Shown one piece after another: positions 43,878-54,741 of a stretch of DNA of 64,000 bases (position 1 is its first letter; each line of letters begins with the position of its first letter). A program made the position numbers and the translations under genes. The notes below the pieces were generated by a model. The model worked only from the letters and a program-made list of their open reading frames with translations. It ran no database searches and was not told the origin of the DNA. Origin of the DNA: Deltaproteobacteria bacterium (GTDB lineage Bacteria > Myxococcota_A > UBA9042 > DTJE01); contig JAKPOP010000020.1 in assembly GCA_029547805.1 (NCBI GenBank), positions 9,797 through 73,796 of the forward strand, read 5' to 3'.

Positions 43878-45316
43878 CTCGTCCTTCTCTCCTCGGCGGC
43901 CCGGTACAGGTCGTCGTATGCCCGGGCCGATCGATCCCAGGAGAAGTCCTGGGCCATCCCTCGCCTCTGGACCTGGTTCCACTGGTCGGGGTCCTTCCAG
44001 AGCCATCCGGCCCGGAGCAGGGCCCGCCCCAGGGCCTCCCGGTCGAACGACCGGAACCGGATGCCGGTGCCCCCTGCCGGGTCCTCGTCCACGTCCACGA
44101 CGGTGTCCGCGAGGCCCCCCACCGCCCGGACGATCGGCAGCGTTCCGTAGCGAAGCGAGAACATCTGGTTGAGTCCGCAGGGCTCGAACTCCGAAGGCAT
44201 CAGGAAGACGTCGGCCCCGGCCTCGATGCGGTGCGCCAGGGCCTCGTCCAGGCCGAATCGCACGGCGACCCGATCCGGGGCCTCCCGGCGAGCCGCCTCC
44301 CAGCGATCCTGGATCGCCTTGTCGCCGCTTCCCAGCACCACCACCGACCCGCCTGTCAGCAGCAGGTCCCGAAGGGCCTCGATGACCAGGTCGTGGCCCT
44401 TCTGGCGGTCCATTCTCCCGACCATGCCGAAGAGGGGCCCCCGGGGGACCGGGAGATCCACCTCCTGGCAGAGCGCCTCCCGGCAGGCGGTCTTGCCCGC
44501 CAGGTCCGCCGCCGAGTACCGGGCCGGGATCCAGGGGTCCGTCTCCGGGGACCAGACCTCCTGGTCGATGCCGTTGAGGATGCCCCGGAACCGATCCCCC
44601 AGGGCCCGAAGCACCCCGTCCATGCCCGCCCCCCGTTCCGGTGTCAGGACCTCCCGGGCGTAGGTGGGGCTGACGGTGTTCACCTGGTCCGAGAAGACGA
44701 TGCCCGTCTTCAGGCAGGAGACATTGCCGTAGAACTCCACCCCCTCCGGATGAAAGAGCGGCCCGGGGATGCCCATCTCCGAAAGGCTCTCCGGCGGGAA
44801 GTTTCCCTGGTAGGCCAGGTTGTGGATGGTGAAGACCCGCCGCGGATGCCCCTTGCCGGACAGGGCCAGTTGGAGCGGCAGCAGCCCCGCCTGCCAGTCG
44901 TGGCCATGGACGACGTCGGGCCGCAGATCCAGTTCATCGAGGGCCCGCAGCGCCGCGGCGGCGAAGAAGGCGAAGCGGACCCCGTTGTCCGGGTAGTCCT
45001 GACCCCTTGGCCCGTAGAGCGTCTCCCGGTCGAACCACTCGTCGCACTGCAGCAGCCACACCACGGTTCCCCGGGGCCGATCCGACCGGAAGACCTGGAA
45101 CCAGGACGTCCGGGCTCCGATGGTGACGGGGAACTCGATGTTCGTCTGGTGCAGGGCGAGTCCGGCATCCCGGACCATGCGATGCAACGGGGTGATCACG
45201 TGGGTGCGGTGCCCCAGGCGGGCCTGGGCCTCCGGCAGGGCCCCGACCACGTCTGCCAGGCCTCCGGTCTTGCTATAGGGGAAGACCTCCGAGGCCACGT
45301 GAACGATGCACCCCAT
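43874..45316 (-). CDS. glgA: Glycogen synthase (ADP-glucose type).
   Basis: The N-terminus SEVFPYSKTGGLADVVGALP carries the KTGGL motif. The C-terminal GT-B motifs are FLMPSEFEPCGLNQM. The Shine-Dalgarno GGGAGG lies 5 nt upstream of ATG. Confidence 0.85.
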   Translation of the reverse strand: MGCIVHVASEVFPYSKTGGLADVVGALPEAQARLGHRTHVITPLHRMVRDAGLALHQTNIEFPVTIGARTSWFQVFRSDRPRGTVVWLLQCDEWFDRETLYGPRGQDYPDNGVRFAFFAAAALRALDELDLRPDVVHGHDWQAGLLPLQLALSGKGHPRRVFTIHNLAYQGNFPPESLSEMGIPGPLFHPEGVEFYGNVSCLKTGIVFSDQVNTVSPTYAREVLTPERGAGMDGVLRALGDRFRGILNGIDQEVWSPETDPWIPARYSAADLAGKTACREALCQEVDLPVPRGPLFGMVGRMDRQKGHDLVIEALRDLLLTGGSVVVLGSGDKAIQDRWEAARREAPDRVAVRFGLDEALAHRIEAGADVFLMPSEFEPCGLNQMFSLRYGTLPIVRAVGGLADTVVDVDEDPAGGTGIRFRSFDREALGRALLRAGWLWKDPDQWNQVQRRGMAQDFSWDRSARAYDDLYRAAEERRTR

Positions 45317-45341
45317 CGCGCCTCCCGAGGGAGAGGAGAAG

Positions 45342-45683
45342 TCAGGAGGAGGGACCGCCTCCTGGCGCCGATCCGGCGGATGCCCGGTCGGCGGGACGCA
45401 GCAGTTGCCACTCGCCCCAGGTGCCTTCGCCCCACTGCCGATACCGGCTGGCCTGGAAGCCCCGATGGTCCAGTTCCGCCAGGAAGCGCTGGAGCAGCGT
45501 CTCGAAGTCCGGGGCATCCCGGACCACGAACTGCAAGAGGAAGTGATAGGGGTCCGAACACTGGGTCTCGGCGAAGAGGCGCGTCCTGCTCCGGTCGGTC
45601 CGGGCGAAGACGGTGACCTGGAAGACCACGGTCCTTCCGAGTTTCGAGGCCTCCAACTGGAAACGCCCGTGTTCCTGCATCAT
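45342..45683 (-). CDS. Small hypothetical protein of about 113 aa with a possible ferredoxin-like alpha+beta fold.
   Basis: The ORF lies immediately upstream of glgA and has GC3-biased codons. The start (MMQEHG) is uncertain and the Shine-Dalgarno is weak. No catalytic motif recognised. Confidence 0.35.
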   Translation of the reverse strand: MMQEHGRFQLEASKLGRTVVFQVTVFARTDRSRTRLFAETQCSDPYHFLLQFVVRDAPDFETLLQRFLAELDHRGFQASRYRQWGEGTWGEWQLLRPADRASAGSAPGGGPSS

Positions 45684-45891
45684 GCCGGGATTCTCTGTCC
45701 CCGGCGGCATTCCGTCAAGAGAACGGCCCTCCGAGTGCGTCGCGATACGGGAGCGGCCCCCTTCCCAGAGGGTCTTGCCGAACCGGACGGCCGAGGCCGG
45801 GGTCGGTCCTGGGAACAGGAAATCCTGTTCGAATCCCCCGGGATGGAAGTCTGGCCATTGACGTGCATCAGGCAATGCGATATTGGAAGAG

Positions 45892-46638
45892 ATGTCCAGA
45901 CAGGAACCAGGGGCCGCGCTCAAGAATGGGCGCCGCACGTTTCAGGGGGAAGGAGTGGACGTCCGAGGTCGTACCGGCGAGGCGAGACTTCCGTCGACCT
46001 TCCGCGCCAGGGTCTCCCTGTCCGACCGGCAGGGGATGGGCGTCGCGGTGAACCTGTCGAGCGAGGGGCTGTGCCTCCACACCGACCTCGTGTTTCGGAC
46101 GGGGCAGCAGGTCAACCTGGGGCTCGAGGTCCCGGAGGTCCCGGACGCCGTCTTGCTGTCCACGGAGGTCCGATGGGTGCGGGAGGTCTCCCCCCTGCTG
46201 GAACCGCTGTGGACCTACGAGGCGGGACTCCTGGTCCGGGATCCGCCCCCCCAGTACCTGGAACTGGTGGAGCAGTACTCCCGGCGCTTCCTGGACCAGC
46301 GGGACGACCCCCGCTTCCCACGGGAGATGCGGGTCCAGCTCTCTGGCCCGGGAACCTGGGAGATGACCTACGCCAGGAACATCGGCCGTCGGGGCCTCTT
46401 CATCCGGACCCGTCAGCCCGTCCCGCCCGGGGCCCTGGTGGAGATCCAACTCTACCTGCCGGGTCTGGACCGGCCCGTGCCCATGCGGGCCGAGGTGGTG
46501 CACCACGTGACCGCCGAGAAGGCGGTGTTGGTCGGAAGCGAGCCGGGTATCGGCGTCCGCCTGGGTTCCGTCCCCGAATGGGCCCGAGAGGCCTACCTGG
46601 CCTTCCTCCGGACCCTGGAAGCGGGCCCCTCCCGCTGA
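45892..46638 (+). CDS. Tandem PilZ-domain protein, a putative c-di-GMP receptor.
   Basis: There are two RxxxR...(D/N)xSxxG patterns. The first is RLPSTFRARVSL...VNLSSEGLCL. The second is RFPREMRVQLSG...ARNIGRRGLFI. The start is either TTG 45883 or ATG 45892. Confidence 0.5.
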   Translation: MSRQEPGAALKNGRRTFQGEGVDVRGRTGEARLPSTFRARVSLSDRQGMGVAVNLSSEGLCLHTDLVFRTGQQVNLGLEVPEVPDAVLLSTEVRWVREVSPLLEPLWTYEAGLLVRDPPPQYLELVEQYSRRFLDQRDDPRFPREMRVQLSGPGTWEMTYARNIGRRGLFIRTRQPVPPGALVEIQLYLPGLDRPVPMRAEVVHHVTAEKAVLVGSEPGIGVRLGSVPEWAREAYLAFLRTLEAGPSR

Positions 46639-46705
46639 CCACCGGTGCCAACTCCCGGACCGAAGGCCCGGACTCCAGCCCGAAAACGTGGCACAATCCC
46701 CGGCG

Positions 46706-48400
46706 ATGGAAGAGCGTCTCCCACGTCAGGCCTCCCTGCTGGCGGGCCTGGGCATTGGGCTCTACCTGGCGCTGCTGGTGCTGCCGCGCCTGGAACCCTG
46801 GACCTTCCTGTTCCGGGACGGGTCCTTCTATGCCCAGACCGCCCGGGCCCTGGAGCAGGAGGGGTCGCTTCGCCAGGAGAACGTGCAGCCCCGGTCCTGG
46901 TACGACGGGAGCCTCCCCTGGTACCGCAACGTCGATGACGCCTGGTCCAACGTATCGGTCGGGGCCGACGGGGAATGGTTCCCGAAGCATTCCTACCTCG
47001 CGCCGCTGCTGGCCCTGCCCCTCCAGTGGACCTTCGGCCCCTGCGGACTGCTGGCCTTCAACCTGACGGCCCTCTGGATTGCCCTGTTCCTGGGATACCG
47101 CCTGGCGGCGTGGACCTCCGGGGAAGTCCCGGCACTGGTGGCCCTGGGGCTCGTCCTGGCCTCCCCGCTGGTCCCCTGGGTCGCCTATGCCTTCAGCCAC
47201 GACGTGCTCTGCGGGGCCCTGGTGGCCGGGGCCGCCTGGTCGATGGCCACCAGGCGCCTGGCCTGGGCCGGCCTGGCAACGGGTCTGGCGCTCGTGGCAA
47301 AGCCCACCAACGCGGTGCTGCTGGTCCCGCTGCTGCTGGCCTGGTGTCCCGGGGGAGGACGCCGAGGACTCCTGCGATTCGCCGCAGGGACCTCCCTGCC
47401 CCTGGGGGCCTACGGCATCGCCAACTGGTGGATGTACGGGGCCCCCTGGGTCACCTCCTACCACCGAATCCTGACGGTGCGAAACGGGGTCCCGCAGATC
47501 GTCTCCTACGGGCAGGCCTTCGACGTCCCCCTGTCCCAGGGCATCCGGCGGTTCTTCCAGACCTCTGCCGAGGGAGAGGTCTGGTCGATGGCCTTCCCGG
47601 CGGTGCTGGCCTGGCTGGGAGTCCCCTGGATGGTCCGCCGGCACTGGCGGATCGCCCTGGGCCTGGCCGGTTCCCTGGCGGGCTTCGTGCTGGTCTTCGG
47701 CAAGTACCACTACGGCGGCGCCCGCTTCTTCCTGCCGCTGCTGGTGCTGGCCCCGGTGCCCGGGGCGGCCCTGCTGTCCGGGGTCGCCGGATTCCTGGAG
47801 GCGGCCTGGGAGTCGGTTCGGCACCGGACTGCCCCTGTCTCCCGAAGGTGGATGGTGGCCCTGGGACTGGTGCTGCTGGCCGGGCTGGCCGGGGCGACCC
47901 GCTGGTACCGAACCCGGGGGCTGCCCCTCGACGGGACCACCCTCGCCTCCTCGGTGGATCACCTGGCGGTCCGCCTGGGAGACGTGCCATGCGACTACTT
48001 CAATCTGGCCCATCGCCGGTGGGAGTGCAGTGGGCTCGATCGCAGCGCCGATCGGTTCACCGGGTCCCCGGCAGGAACGGAGTGCGAGGACTGGTGGGGA
48101 GGACAGGCGGTCTACCTGCCTCCGGGTCCACCGGGACGGGACCGACGCATCGACTGGCACCCCGCCTCGTCCGGGCGCCTGCTGCGGGTGCGCTGGGGAC
48201 GCACGGGCCGGGGTCCACCGCTGGAGATCCGGGTGCTGGTCCAGGGACAGGAGGCCTGGCGGCGCACGCTGGAGGAGGGGGCGGCCCGGGGCGAGGAAGA
48301 GGTTCCGATCTCCTGGGAGGCCGGGACGACCGTGACCGTGGAGGTGGGACCGGCCGGGGCGACCGGCGCGGTCTGCCTGGACCTCCTGCCGGTCCCCTGA
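46706..48400 (+). CDS. Polytopic membrane protein of the GT-C glycosyltransferase superfamily (ArnT/PMT-like) with a C-terminal periplasmic domain.
   Basis: About 11 predicted transmembrane helices. The first periplasmic loop carries the D-x-x-(F/Y)Y-A-x-x-A-R motif (FRDGSFYAQTARAL), reminiscent of the ArnT/PMT loop 1. The soluble C-terminal 150 aa follow. Confidence 0.55.
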   Translation: MEERLPRQASLLAGLGIGLYLALLVLPRLEPWTFLFRDGSFYAQTARALEQEGSLRQENVQPRSWYDGSLPWYRNVDDAWSNVSVGADGEWFPKHSYLAPLLALPLQWTFGPCGLLAFNLTALWIALFLGYRLAAWTSGEVPALVALGLVLASPLVPWVAYAFSHDVLCGALVAGAAWSMATRRLAWAGLATGLALVAKPTNAVLLVPLLLAWCPGGGRRGLLRFAAGTSLPLGAYGIANWWMYGAPWVTSYHRILTVRNGVPQIVSYGQAFDVPLSQGIRRFFQTSAEGEVWSMAFPAVLAWLGVPWMVRRHWRIALGLAGSLAGFVLVFGKYHYGGARFFLPLLVLAPVPGAALLSGVAGFLEAAWESVRHRTAPVSRRWMVALGLVLLAGLAGATRWYRTRGLPLDGTTLASSVDHLAVRLGDVPCDYFNLAHRRWECSGLDRSADRFTGSPAGTECEDWWGGQAVYLPPGPPGRDRRIDWHPASSGRLLRVRWGRTGRGPPLEIRVLVQGQEAWRRTLEEGAARGEEEVPISWEAGTTVTVEVGPAGATGAVCLDLLPVP

Positions 48401-48407
48401 CCCGCCC

Positions 48408-49115
48408 TCAGGTCCCTCCCTGGACCGGCGGGGCCTCCATCCGTTTCAACTGGTCCATGGCCAGCAGCAGTTCGGGGCGGTCCAGGGCCTCCCCCTTCAA
48501 CAGCCGGACCTCGGCGGTGGCGCCTCCGAACTGGACCATGTCCAGATGCTTCAACCGGGTCCGGGACTCCACCGTGCGCCCCTGGATCCGGACGGGCCCC
48601 GGGGCCCCCTCCACCGGGACCGCGAAGGTCCCGCAGGACCCGAAATTCTCCACCAGGAGCCAGGTCCCCTGGAGCCCTGGAACCAGGAGGTCCGCCCCGG
48701 GTCCCCCCAGCAGAAACTCGCGGCGCCGGCACAGGTAGGTCTGGGAGAGGTGACCCCCGGCGCCCTCGGGCGGCGTGACCAGCAGATGCACCGCCACGTC
48801 GGACACCGGGCCGCCCTCGGCGAGCCAGAGATGCACGTCCCCCAGGCGCATCACGCTGCCGACCTCCAGGTCGTCGGACCAGCGGTCCATCCGCTCCCCA
48901 TTGACAAAGACCGGGACCTCCTCGACCCGGCGCAGGTGGAACCTCCCCTCCACGAACGACAGCAGCACGTGGTGGGCCGCCACCGAGGGCAACTGGATGC
49001 GCACCTGATTGTCCTCGGCGGACCCGACGGCCACGACATTCTGCCGGATGCGGTAGCGATAGATGCGTCGCCCCGTGTCGATCAACAGCCAGTACTCGGC
49101 GGACGGATCGGCCAT
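48408..49115 (-). CDS. Protein with two FHA domains.
   Basis: The Shine-Dalgarno GGAAGGAGG lies 6 nt upstream. FHA-like G-R...S-xx-H...N-G patterns occur twice, including VAVGSAEDNQVRIQLPSVAAHHVLL...VFVNGERM. Confidence 0.65.
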   Translation of the reverse strand: MADPSAEYWLLIDTGRRIYRYRIRQNVVAVGSAEDNQVRIQLPSVAAHHVLLSFVEGRFHLRRVEEVPVFVNGERMDRWSDDLEVGSVMRLGDVHLWLAEGGPVSDVAVHLLVTPPEGAGGHLSQTYLCRRREFLLGGPGADLLVPGLQGTWLLVENFGSCGTFAVPVEGAPGPVRIQGRTVESRTRLKHLDMVQFGGATAEVRLLKGEALDRPELLLAMDQLKRMEAPPVQGGT

Positions 49116-49136
49116 CGGCGACCTCCTTCCGAAACC

Positions 49137-51809
49137 TCAGGACTTCAGCAGGGCCAGGGCCCCCACGAGCCGTTCCCGGGTCTCCTGGAACTGGGCCTCC
49201 TTTTCCCGCTCGGCCTCGACGACCTCCTCCCGGGCCCGGGCCAGGAAGTCCGGGTTGCCCAGTTTCCGCCGCACCGCCTCCAGATCCCGGTCCACCCTGG
49301 CCAGTTCCTTCTCCTGGCGGGCGATCTCGGCCTGCAGCCGATCCCGTCCCACCTGGACATAGCAGTCCGCCGTGTCCCCGACCTTCACGGCCGTCCCCTC
49401 GGGCCGTGCCACCTCCCGGGAGATGACCAGCGGACCGGTGCCAGCCAGCCGCTCGATGTCGCCCCGGTGGGCCTGGAGGTGGGCCTCGATGCGCTCCGAG
49501 AAGGGCCGGATCACCACCTCCGGACGTTCCGAGGGACTCAGGCGCACCTCCGATCGGACCGCCCGGATGTCCCCGATGACCCCGATCACCTCGTCCATCT
49601 CCCCGGCCACCTCCGGGTCCCGGGGCAGGTCATCCCCCCGGGGATAGGCGGCGATCATCACGCTGTCCGGCGCGCCCCGGAGCCAGGGTCTCAGGCGCTG
49701 CCACAACTCCTCGGTGACGTAGGGCATGAAGGGGTGCAGGGCCCGGAGGATCCGCTCCAGGGAGGCCACCAGCACCGCCTGGGCCGCCCGCCGGCGATCC
49801 CCACCCTCGGCCAGGGCCCCCTTGGCCAGTTCCAGGTACCAGTCGCAGAAGCGGTGCCAGGTGAACTGGTAGAGGCCCGAGGCGGCCTCGTTGAACCGGA
49901 ATCCCTCCAGGGCGTCCCGGGCGCCCTCCAGGGCCTCGGCCAGTCGCGTGAGCACCCAGGTGTCGGCGGCGGTCCGATCCACCTCCCGGGGGTCCGGGAG
50001 CGGTGTCGGGGCATCCTCGAGGTTCATCAGCACGAAACGAGAGGCGTTCCAGACCTTGTTGACGAACTCCCGGTAGCCCCGGAGGCGGTCCATCGACAGC
50101 TTGATGTCCCGCCCCTGGGCGGTCATCTGCGCCAGCGTGAACCGCAGGGCGTCGGCGCCGACCTCCTCGACGACCTCCAGGGGGTCGATCACGTTGCCCT
50201 TGGTCTTGGACATCTTGAGACCCTTCTCGTCCCGGACCATCGCGTGGAGATAGACCACCCGGAAGGGCACGTCCCCCATGAAGTGCAGTCCCATCATCAT
50301 CATCCGGGCCACCCAGAAGAAGATGATGTCGAAGCCCGTCTCCATCACGCTGGTGGGGTAGAAGGTCTTCAAGGCCGGAGTCTGATCGGGCCAGCCGAGC
50401 GTGCTGAATGGCCACAGGGCCGACGAGAACCAGGTGTCCAGCACGTCCTCGTCCTGCCGCAGCGAGGTGCCCCCGCAGGCGGGGCAGCGGGTGTCGGGAC
50501 CCGGGTCCTCGGTGTCCACCACCATCCCGTCGCAGCCCGGGCGGGTGCAGTACCAGACCGGGATCTGGTGCCCCCACCAGAGCTGGCGGCTGATGCACCA
50601 GTCCCGGATGTTCTCCATCCAGTTCATGTAGGTCTTCTCCCAGTGGGCCGGGATGAAGACCGTCCGCCGGTCCCGGACCGCCCGGATGGCCTCCTCCGCC
50701 AGGGGCTTCGTCCGGACGTACCACTGGAGGCTCACGGTCGGTTCCACCACGACGCCGGACCGCTGGCAGTGACCGACCCGGTGGGTGTAGTCCTCGACCT
50801 TCACCAGCAGGCCCTGGGCCTCGAGGTCCTCCACCACCCGCTTCCGGGCCTCCTCGCGGCTCAGGCCCCGATACCGTTCCGGCACCGCGTCGTTCATCCG
50901 GGCATGGGCGTCCAGGACCTGGATCATCGGCAGGCCGTGGCGACGGCCCGTCTCGAAATCGGCGAAGTCGTGGGCCGGGGTGATCTTGAGGGCCCCGGTG
51001 CCGAAGGAGAGGTCCACGGCCTCGGCATCGCCGATGACCGGGATCAGCCGGTCCGCCAGGGGCAGCCGGACCTTCCGACCGATCCAGGCGGCGTGGCGGG
51101 GGTCCTCGGGATGCACGGCGACCGCCGTGTCCCCGAAGAGGGTCTCGGGACGGGTGGTCGCCACCACGAGCCGGTCGCTGCCGTCCTCCAGTGGATAGGC
51201 GATGTACCAGAGGTGCCCCCGGACCTCCCTCTCCTCGACCTCCAGGTCCGACAGCACGGTCTGGATCCCCGGCGACCAGTTCACCATCCGCTGGTCCCGG
51301 TAGATCAGGCCCTCCCGGTAGAGTTGCACGAAGACGTGGCGCACGGCCCGGGAGAGCCCCTCGTCCAGCGTGAAGCGTTCCCGGTCCCAGTCCACCGACA
51401 CGCCCAGCGCGCACATCTGCTCGGTGATCCGGGCATGGGCCGCCTCCTTCCAGCGCCAGACCTCCTCCAGGAAGGCCTCCCGACCCAGGTCATGGCGGGA
51501 GACTCCCCGTCTCTGCAGTTCCCGCTCGACCACCATCTGGGTGGCGATGCCGGCGTGGTCCGTGCCGGGCAGCCACAGGGCGTTGAACCCCTCCATGCGC
51601 TTCCATCGCGTCAGGATGTCCTGGATCGTGAAGGTCAGGGCATGACCCATGTGGAGATGGCCCGTCACGTTGGGCGGCGGGATGACGATGCAGAAGGGTT
51701 CCCGGTCGCTCTGGTCCTGGGCGCGGAAATACCCGGCCTCCCGCCACCGCGGGTACCAGCCGGCCTCGACCTCCCGGTGGGAGTAGCCTTTCGACAACGG
51801 GTCCATCAT
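49137..51809 (-). CDS. valS: Valine--tRNA ligase.
   Basis: The HIGH motif is [13 protein letters not shown] and the KMSKS motif is KMSKTKGNV. An editing domain is present, with a C-terminal coiled coil. ATGA overlap with ftsY. Confidence 0.9.
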   Translation of the reverse strand: MMDPLSKGYSHREVEAGWYPRWREAGYFRAQDQSDREPFCIVIPPPNVTGHLHMGHALTFTIQDILTRWKRMEGFNALWLPGTDHAGIATQMVVERELQRRGVSRHDLGREAFLEEVWRWKEAAHARITEQMCALGVSVDWDRERFTLDEGLSRAVRHVFVQLYREGLIYRDQRMVNWSPGIQTVLSDLEVEEREVRGHLWYIAYPLEDGSDRLVVATTRPETLFGDTAVAVHPEDPRHAAWIGRKVRLPLADRLIPVIGDAEAVDLSFGTGALKITPAHDFADFETGRRHGLPMIQVLDAHARMNDAVPERYRGLSREEARKRVVEDLEAQGLLVKVEDYTHRVGHCQRSGVVVEPTVSLQWYVRTKPLAEEAIRAVRDRRTVFIPAHWEKTYMNWMENIRDWCISRQLWWGHQIPVWYCTRPGCDGMVVDTEDPGPDTRCPACGGTSLRQDEDVLDTWFSSALWPFSTLGWPDQTPALKTFYPTSVMETGFDIIFFWVARMMMMGLHFMGDVPFRVVYLHAMVRDEKGLKMSKTKGNVIDPLEVVEEVGADALRFTLAQMTAQGRDIKLSMDRLRGYREFVNKVWNASRFVLMNLEDAPTPLPDPREVDRTAADTWVLTRLAEALEGARDALEGFRFNEAASGLYQFTWHRFCDWYLELAKGALAEGGDRRRAAQAVLVASLERILRALHPFMPYVTEELWQRLRPWLRGAPDSVMIAAYPRGDDLPRDPEVAGEMDEVIGVIGDIRAVRSEVRLSPSERPEVVIRPFSERIEAHLQAHRGDIERLAGTGPLVISREVARPEGTAVKVGDTADCYVQVGRDRLQAEIARQEKELARVDRDLEAVRRKLGNPDFLARAREEVVEAEREKEAQFQETRERLVGALALLKS

Positions 51810-53002
51810 GCCTCCTGTCGCACGGGTTCGAACAGCGCCTCGGCGAACTCCCGGGGATCGAAGGGCCGCAGGTCCTCGACCCCTTCCCCGACCCCGACGA
51901 ACCGGATCGGCAGCCCCATGTCCCGGGCGATGGAGAGGACCACGCCTCCCTTCGCCGTCCCGTCCAGTTTGGCCAGCACGATGCCGCTCACCTGGACCGC
52001 CTGCCGGAAGATGTCGGCCTGCCGGACCGCATTCTGCCCCATCGTGGCGTCGAGGACCAACAGCACCTCGTGGGGGGCTCCCGGGACCGCCTTGCCCAGC
52101 ACGCGGTGGATCTTCTTCAGCTCGTCCACCAGGTTCACGTTCGTGTGGAGCCGCCCGGCCGTGTCGGCGATCAGGAGGTCATGCCCGTCCTGTCGGGCCT
52201 TCTTCGCCGCGTCGAACATCAGCGATCCCGGGTCCTGGCCAGGGTTGCCGACCACCACGGGCACGCCGACCCGCTCGCCCCAGATCGCCAGCTGGTCCAT
52301 CCCTGCGGCCCGGTAGGTGTCCCCGGCGCAGAGGAGGACCTTCCGTCCCCGATCCCGGTAGAAGCGGGCCATCTTCCCGATGGTCGTGGTCTTGCCGGTC
52401 CCGTTGACCCCGACCACCATGATCACCCCGGGGCCCTCGGCGCCGCCGGGGGCCTCGGGGGCGCCGTGGGGCAGCGGTTCCAGCCACTGAAGCGTCTTCT
52501 GCTGCAGAAACGCCAGCACCTGGGGCCCCAGGTCCCCGCCGGCGGGGCGGAACTCCCGCCGCAGGGCCTCCACCAGGTCCCCGGCGGTCCGGACGCCCAC
52601 GTCGGCGGTCAGGAGCACCTCCTCGGCCTGGGCCAGGAAGGCCTCGTCCAGGGTCTCCCGTCCGAAGGAGGACATGAGCCGGGCCACGAACCCCTCCTTG
52701 CGGGTCCGCTCCAGACCGGCCCCCAGCGGTCGCGCCGCCGGGACCTCGACCACCAGGGACGGCGGCGGGGGCTTCTGTTCGGCCTTGCGGCCGGTGGCTG
52801 CCCGAGGCGGTTCCGGGACCGGCTCCCGGGGCGTTTCCCTGGGGGGTTCGGGACGGACCGGCGGCGCCTCGACCTCCGGCGTCTCCGGTTGCTCGATGCC
52901 CCGGCCGAGGCGTTTCTTGCGGCTCATCCGGGACGCCGCCAGGGCCACCAGGACGGCAAATCCCAGGACCAGCACCAGCACGAAGATCGCGGACGGTTCC
53001 AT
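51806..53002 (-). CDS. ftsY: Signal recognition particle receptor FtsY, with an N-terminal transmembrane anchor.
   Basis: The NG domain is present: GKTTTIGK (G1), DTAGR (G3) and the GQ/TKLD-like motif [12 protein letters not shown]. The Shine-Dalgarno GGGAGGAG lies 4 nt before ATG ([11 protein letters not shown]). Confidence 0.85.
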   Translation of the reverse strand: MEPSAIFVLVLVLGFAVLVALAASRMSRKKRLGRGIEQPETPEVEAPPVRPEPPRETPREPVPEPPRAATGRKAEQKPPPPSLVVEVPAARPLGAGLERTRKEGFVARLMSSFGRETLDEAFLAQAEEVLLTADVGVRTAGDLVEALRREFRPAGGDLGPQVLAFLQQKTLQWLEPLPHGAPEAPGGAEGPGVIMVVGVNGTGKTTTIGKMARFYRDRGRKVLLCAGDTYRAAGMDQLAIWGERVGVPVVVGNPGQDPGSLMFDAAKKARQDGHDLLIADTAGRLHTNVNLVDELKKIHRVLGKAVPGAPHEVLLVLDATMGQNAVRQADIFRQAVQVSGIVLAKLDGTAKGGVVLSIARDMGLPIRFVGVGEGVEDLRPFDPREFAEALFEPVRQEA

Positions 53003-53178
53003 CGGCTCCTCCCGGTCTTTCGCGGCGCGAATGGTAAGCGACCACCCCCGGACAATCAAGGCGTGCGCCCGGCCGGGACGTCGGACCGACCCAGGCGGAC
53101 ACCGATCGGCCCGGCAGGCCCTTGGCAGGATCGGCGGCGGCTCCTACACTTCGCCCGGGTCCCGAAGGAACGGCACGC

Positions 53179-54726
53179 ATGATCGGTGGCGGCGCCTCAC
53201 CAGTCCGGGAGTCCCCCTTTCGGGTCATTCTCGGGGTCGCTCTGGGACTCTCGGTGGCCTTCCTGCTGCGGAACCTCGAGGAGGCCCGCACCCTGGATCC
53301 GTCCCTGCTCCACTCCCTGCTGACCCAGGGGGGACCCCTGGCGATGACGCCCTATCGCCTGGAATCCTTCCCGCGGCCCCTGCTGATGGACCCGACCCTC
53401 GAGTTCGGCCTGATTGGATATCTGGTGGTCCTGATGATGGCCCCGGCGAAGTGGATGCTCGGGACCGCCTTTTCCCCCCTGGGAATCGCCCTGACCCGGT
53501 CCTTCGTGGCGATGATGAACCTCGCGGGCGGCCCGGTTCTCTATCTGCTGGCCCGGCGACGGGCGATCGGACCGGGGACATCCCTGCTCCTGGCAGGCCT
53601 GTACCTGGGCAACCCGTTCCTGCTGGACAAGGTCTCCTGGGACATCGTGGGGTGCCAGGGGACCTTCCTGATCGCCGCCGGTCTGGCCCTGGCCTCCTCC
53701 CGTCCGCGGCTGGCCATTCCGGCCTGGCTGCTGGCCGCCGGAGGCCACCCGGTCACGACCTTCGGGACCACGCTGTGGGCCCTCTGGGAGGCCCGGCGTC
53801 GCTGGCGGAATCGGCCCGGTTCCGATCCCGGTCCCTTCTGCATCGGGGCCGGCCTCCTGGTGGTGCTGTCGATCCTGTTCTTCCTGGACCTGTTTCTGCC
53901 GCCGCTGGTGGATCGCTACTCCGGCTTCTCCCTGACCTTCGCGGTCAAGGTGGGAGGCCCGGGACCCCTGGAGGCCCTGCCGGGCAACCTGGCCTCCCTG
54001 GTCGGAATCCTGGCCTCCTTCGCGTTCCTGCCCCTGGCGGCGCCCGGATGGCTGCTGCCAGCCATGCCCGACGGGCTGTACTACCTGGTGCTCGGCCCGA
54101 ACCACGGCAGCCTCCCGGGGACGGCGGGATGGCTGGCCCTGGCCTCGGTGGCGGGCCTGGGGCGGATCCAGCCCTGGATGGCCCGCCGGGAATGGCCGCA
54201 CTGGACCCGGTGGGTCGTCCCGTCAGGGGACCTCCGGCCCATGGTGGCCGCCGTGGCCGGAATGCTGCTGCTGGTGGCCAATCTCCACGGCGACCCCCGG
54301 AACCAGGTCCGACGCCTCTTCCATCCGCCCCAGTGGGACGGAGCCTGGGTCCCGGAGGTCGAGGCCCTCGTCCGATCGATCCCCAATGACCCGGAACTCT
54401 GCGTCGTGCAGGTACCCCTGCTCCCTCTCGCCCAGGGGCGGTGCCACCGGGTGGTCCCCTTCGATGCCTGGGCGGACCTGATGCCCTGGGACCGCCGACA
54501 GGCCCGCTTCCTGTTCCACGTGGACCTCTTCGACCCGGACCGCTTCAAGTCGCGCTGGACCCGGGACCACGAGGCCCTCCGGGAAGACCTCTGCCGGCTC
54601 TACCGAGGGGGGATGCTGGCCGTGCACCGGGCCGCCGGCGGCGCCTTGTTCGCAGGCCCCCCGGACAGCGGCGGAGGTGCCCCGCCCCGCCACCCCCAGA
54701 TGGAGTGGCTCTGCCGGTTCCAGTGA
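53179..54726 (+). CDS. Polytopic integral membrane protein (DUF2079-like), a possible GT-C-type glycosyltransferase.
   Basis: There are 10 or more hydrophobic helices. The Shine-Dalgarno GAAGGAA lies before ATG (MIGGGASPV). No catalytic motif was confidently recognised. Confidence 0.45.
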   Translation: MIGGGASPVRESPFRVILGVALGLSVAFLLRNLEEARTLDPSLLHSLLTQGGPLAMTPYRLESFPRPLLMDPTLEFGLIGYLVVLMMAPAKWMLGTAFSPLGIALTRSFVAMMNLAGGPVLYLLARRRAIGPGTSLLLAGLYLGNPFLLDKVSWDIVGCQGTFLIAAGLALASSRPRLAIPAWLLAAGGHPVTTFGTTLWALWEARRRWRNRPGSDPGPFCIGAGLLVVLSILFFLDLFLPPLVDRYSGFSLTFAVKVGGPGPLEALPGNLASLVGILASFAFLPLAAPGWLLPAMPDGLYYLVLGPNHGSLPGTAGWLALASVAGLGRIQPWMARREWPHWTRWVVPSGDLRPMVAAVAGMLLLVANLHGDPRNQVRRLFHPPQWDGAWVPEVEALVRSIPNDPELCVVQVPLLPLAQGRCHRVVPFDAWADLMPWDRRQARFLFHVDLFDPDRFKSRWTRDHEALREDLCRLYRGGMLAVHRAAGGALFAGPPDSGGGAPPRHPQMEWLCRFQ

Positions 54727-54741
54727 CCTGGGGAGGGGCCC

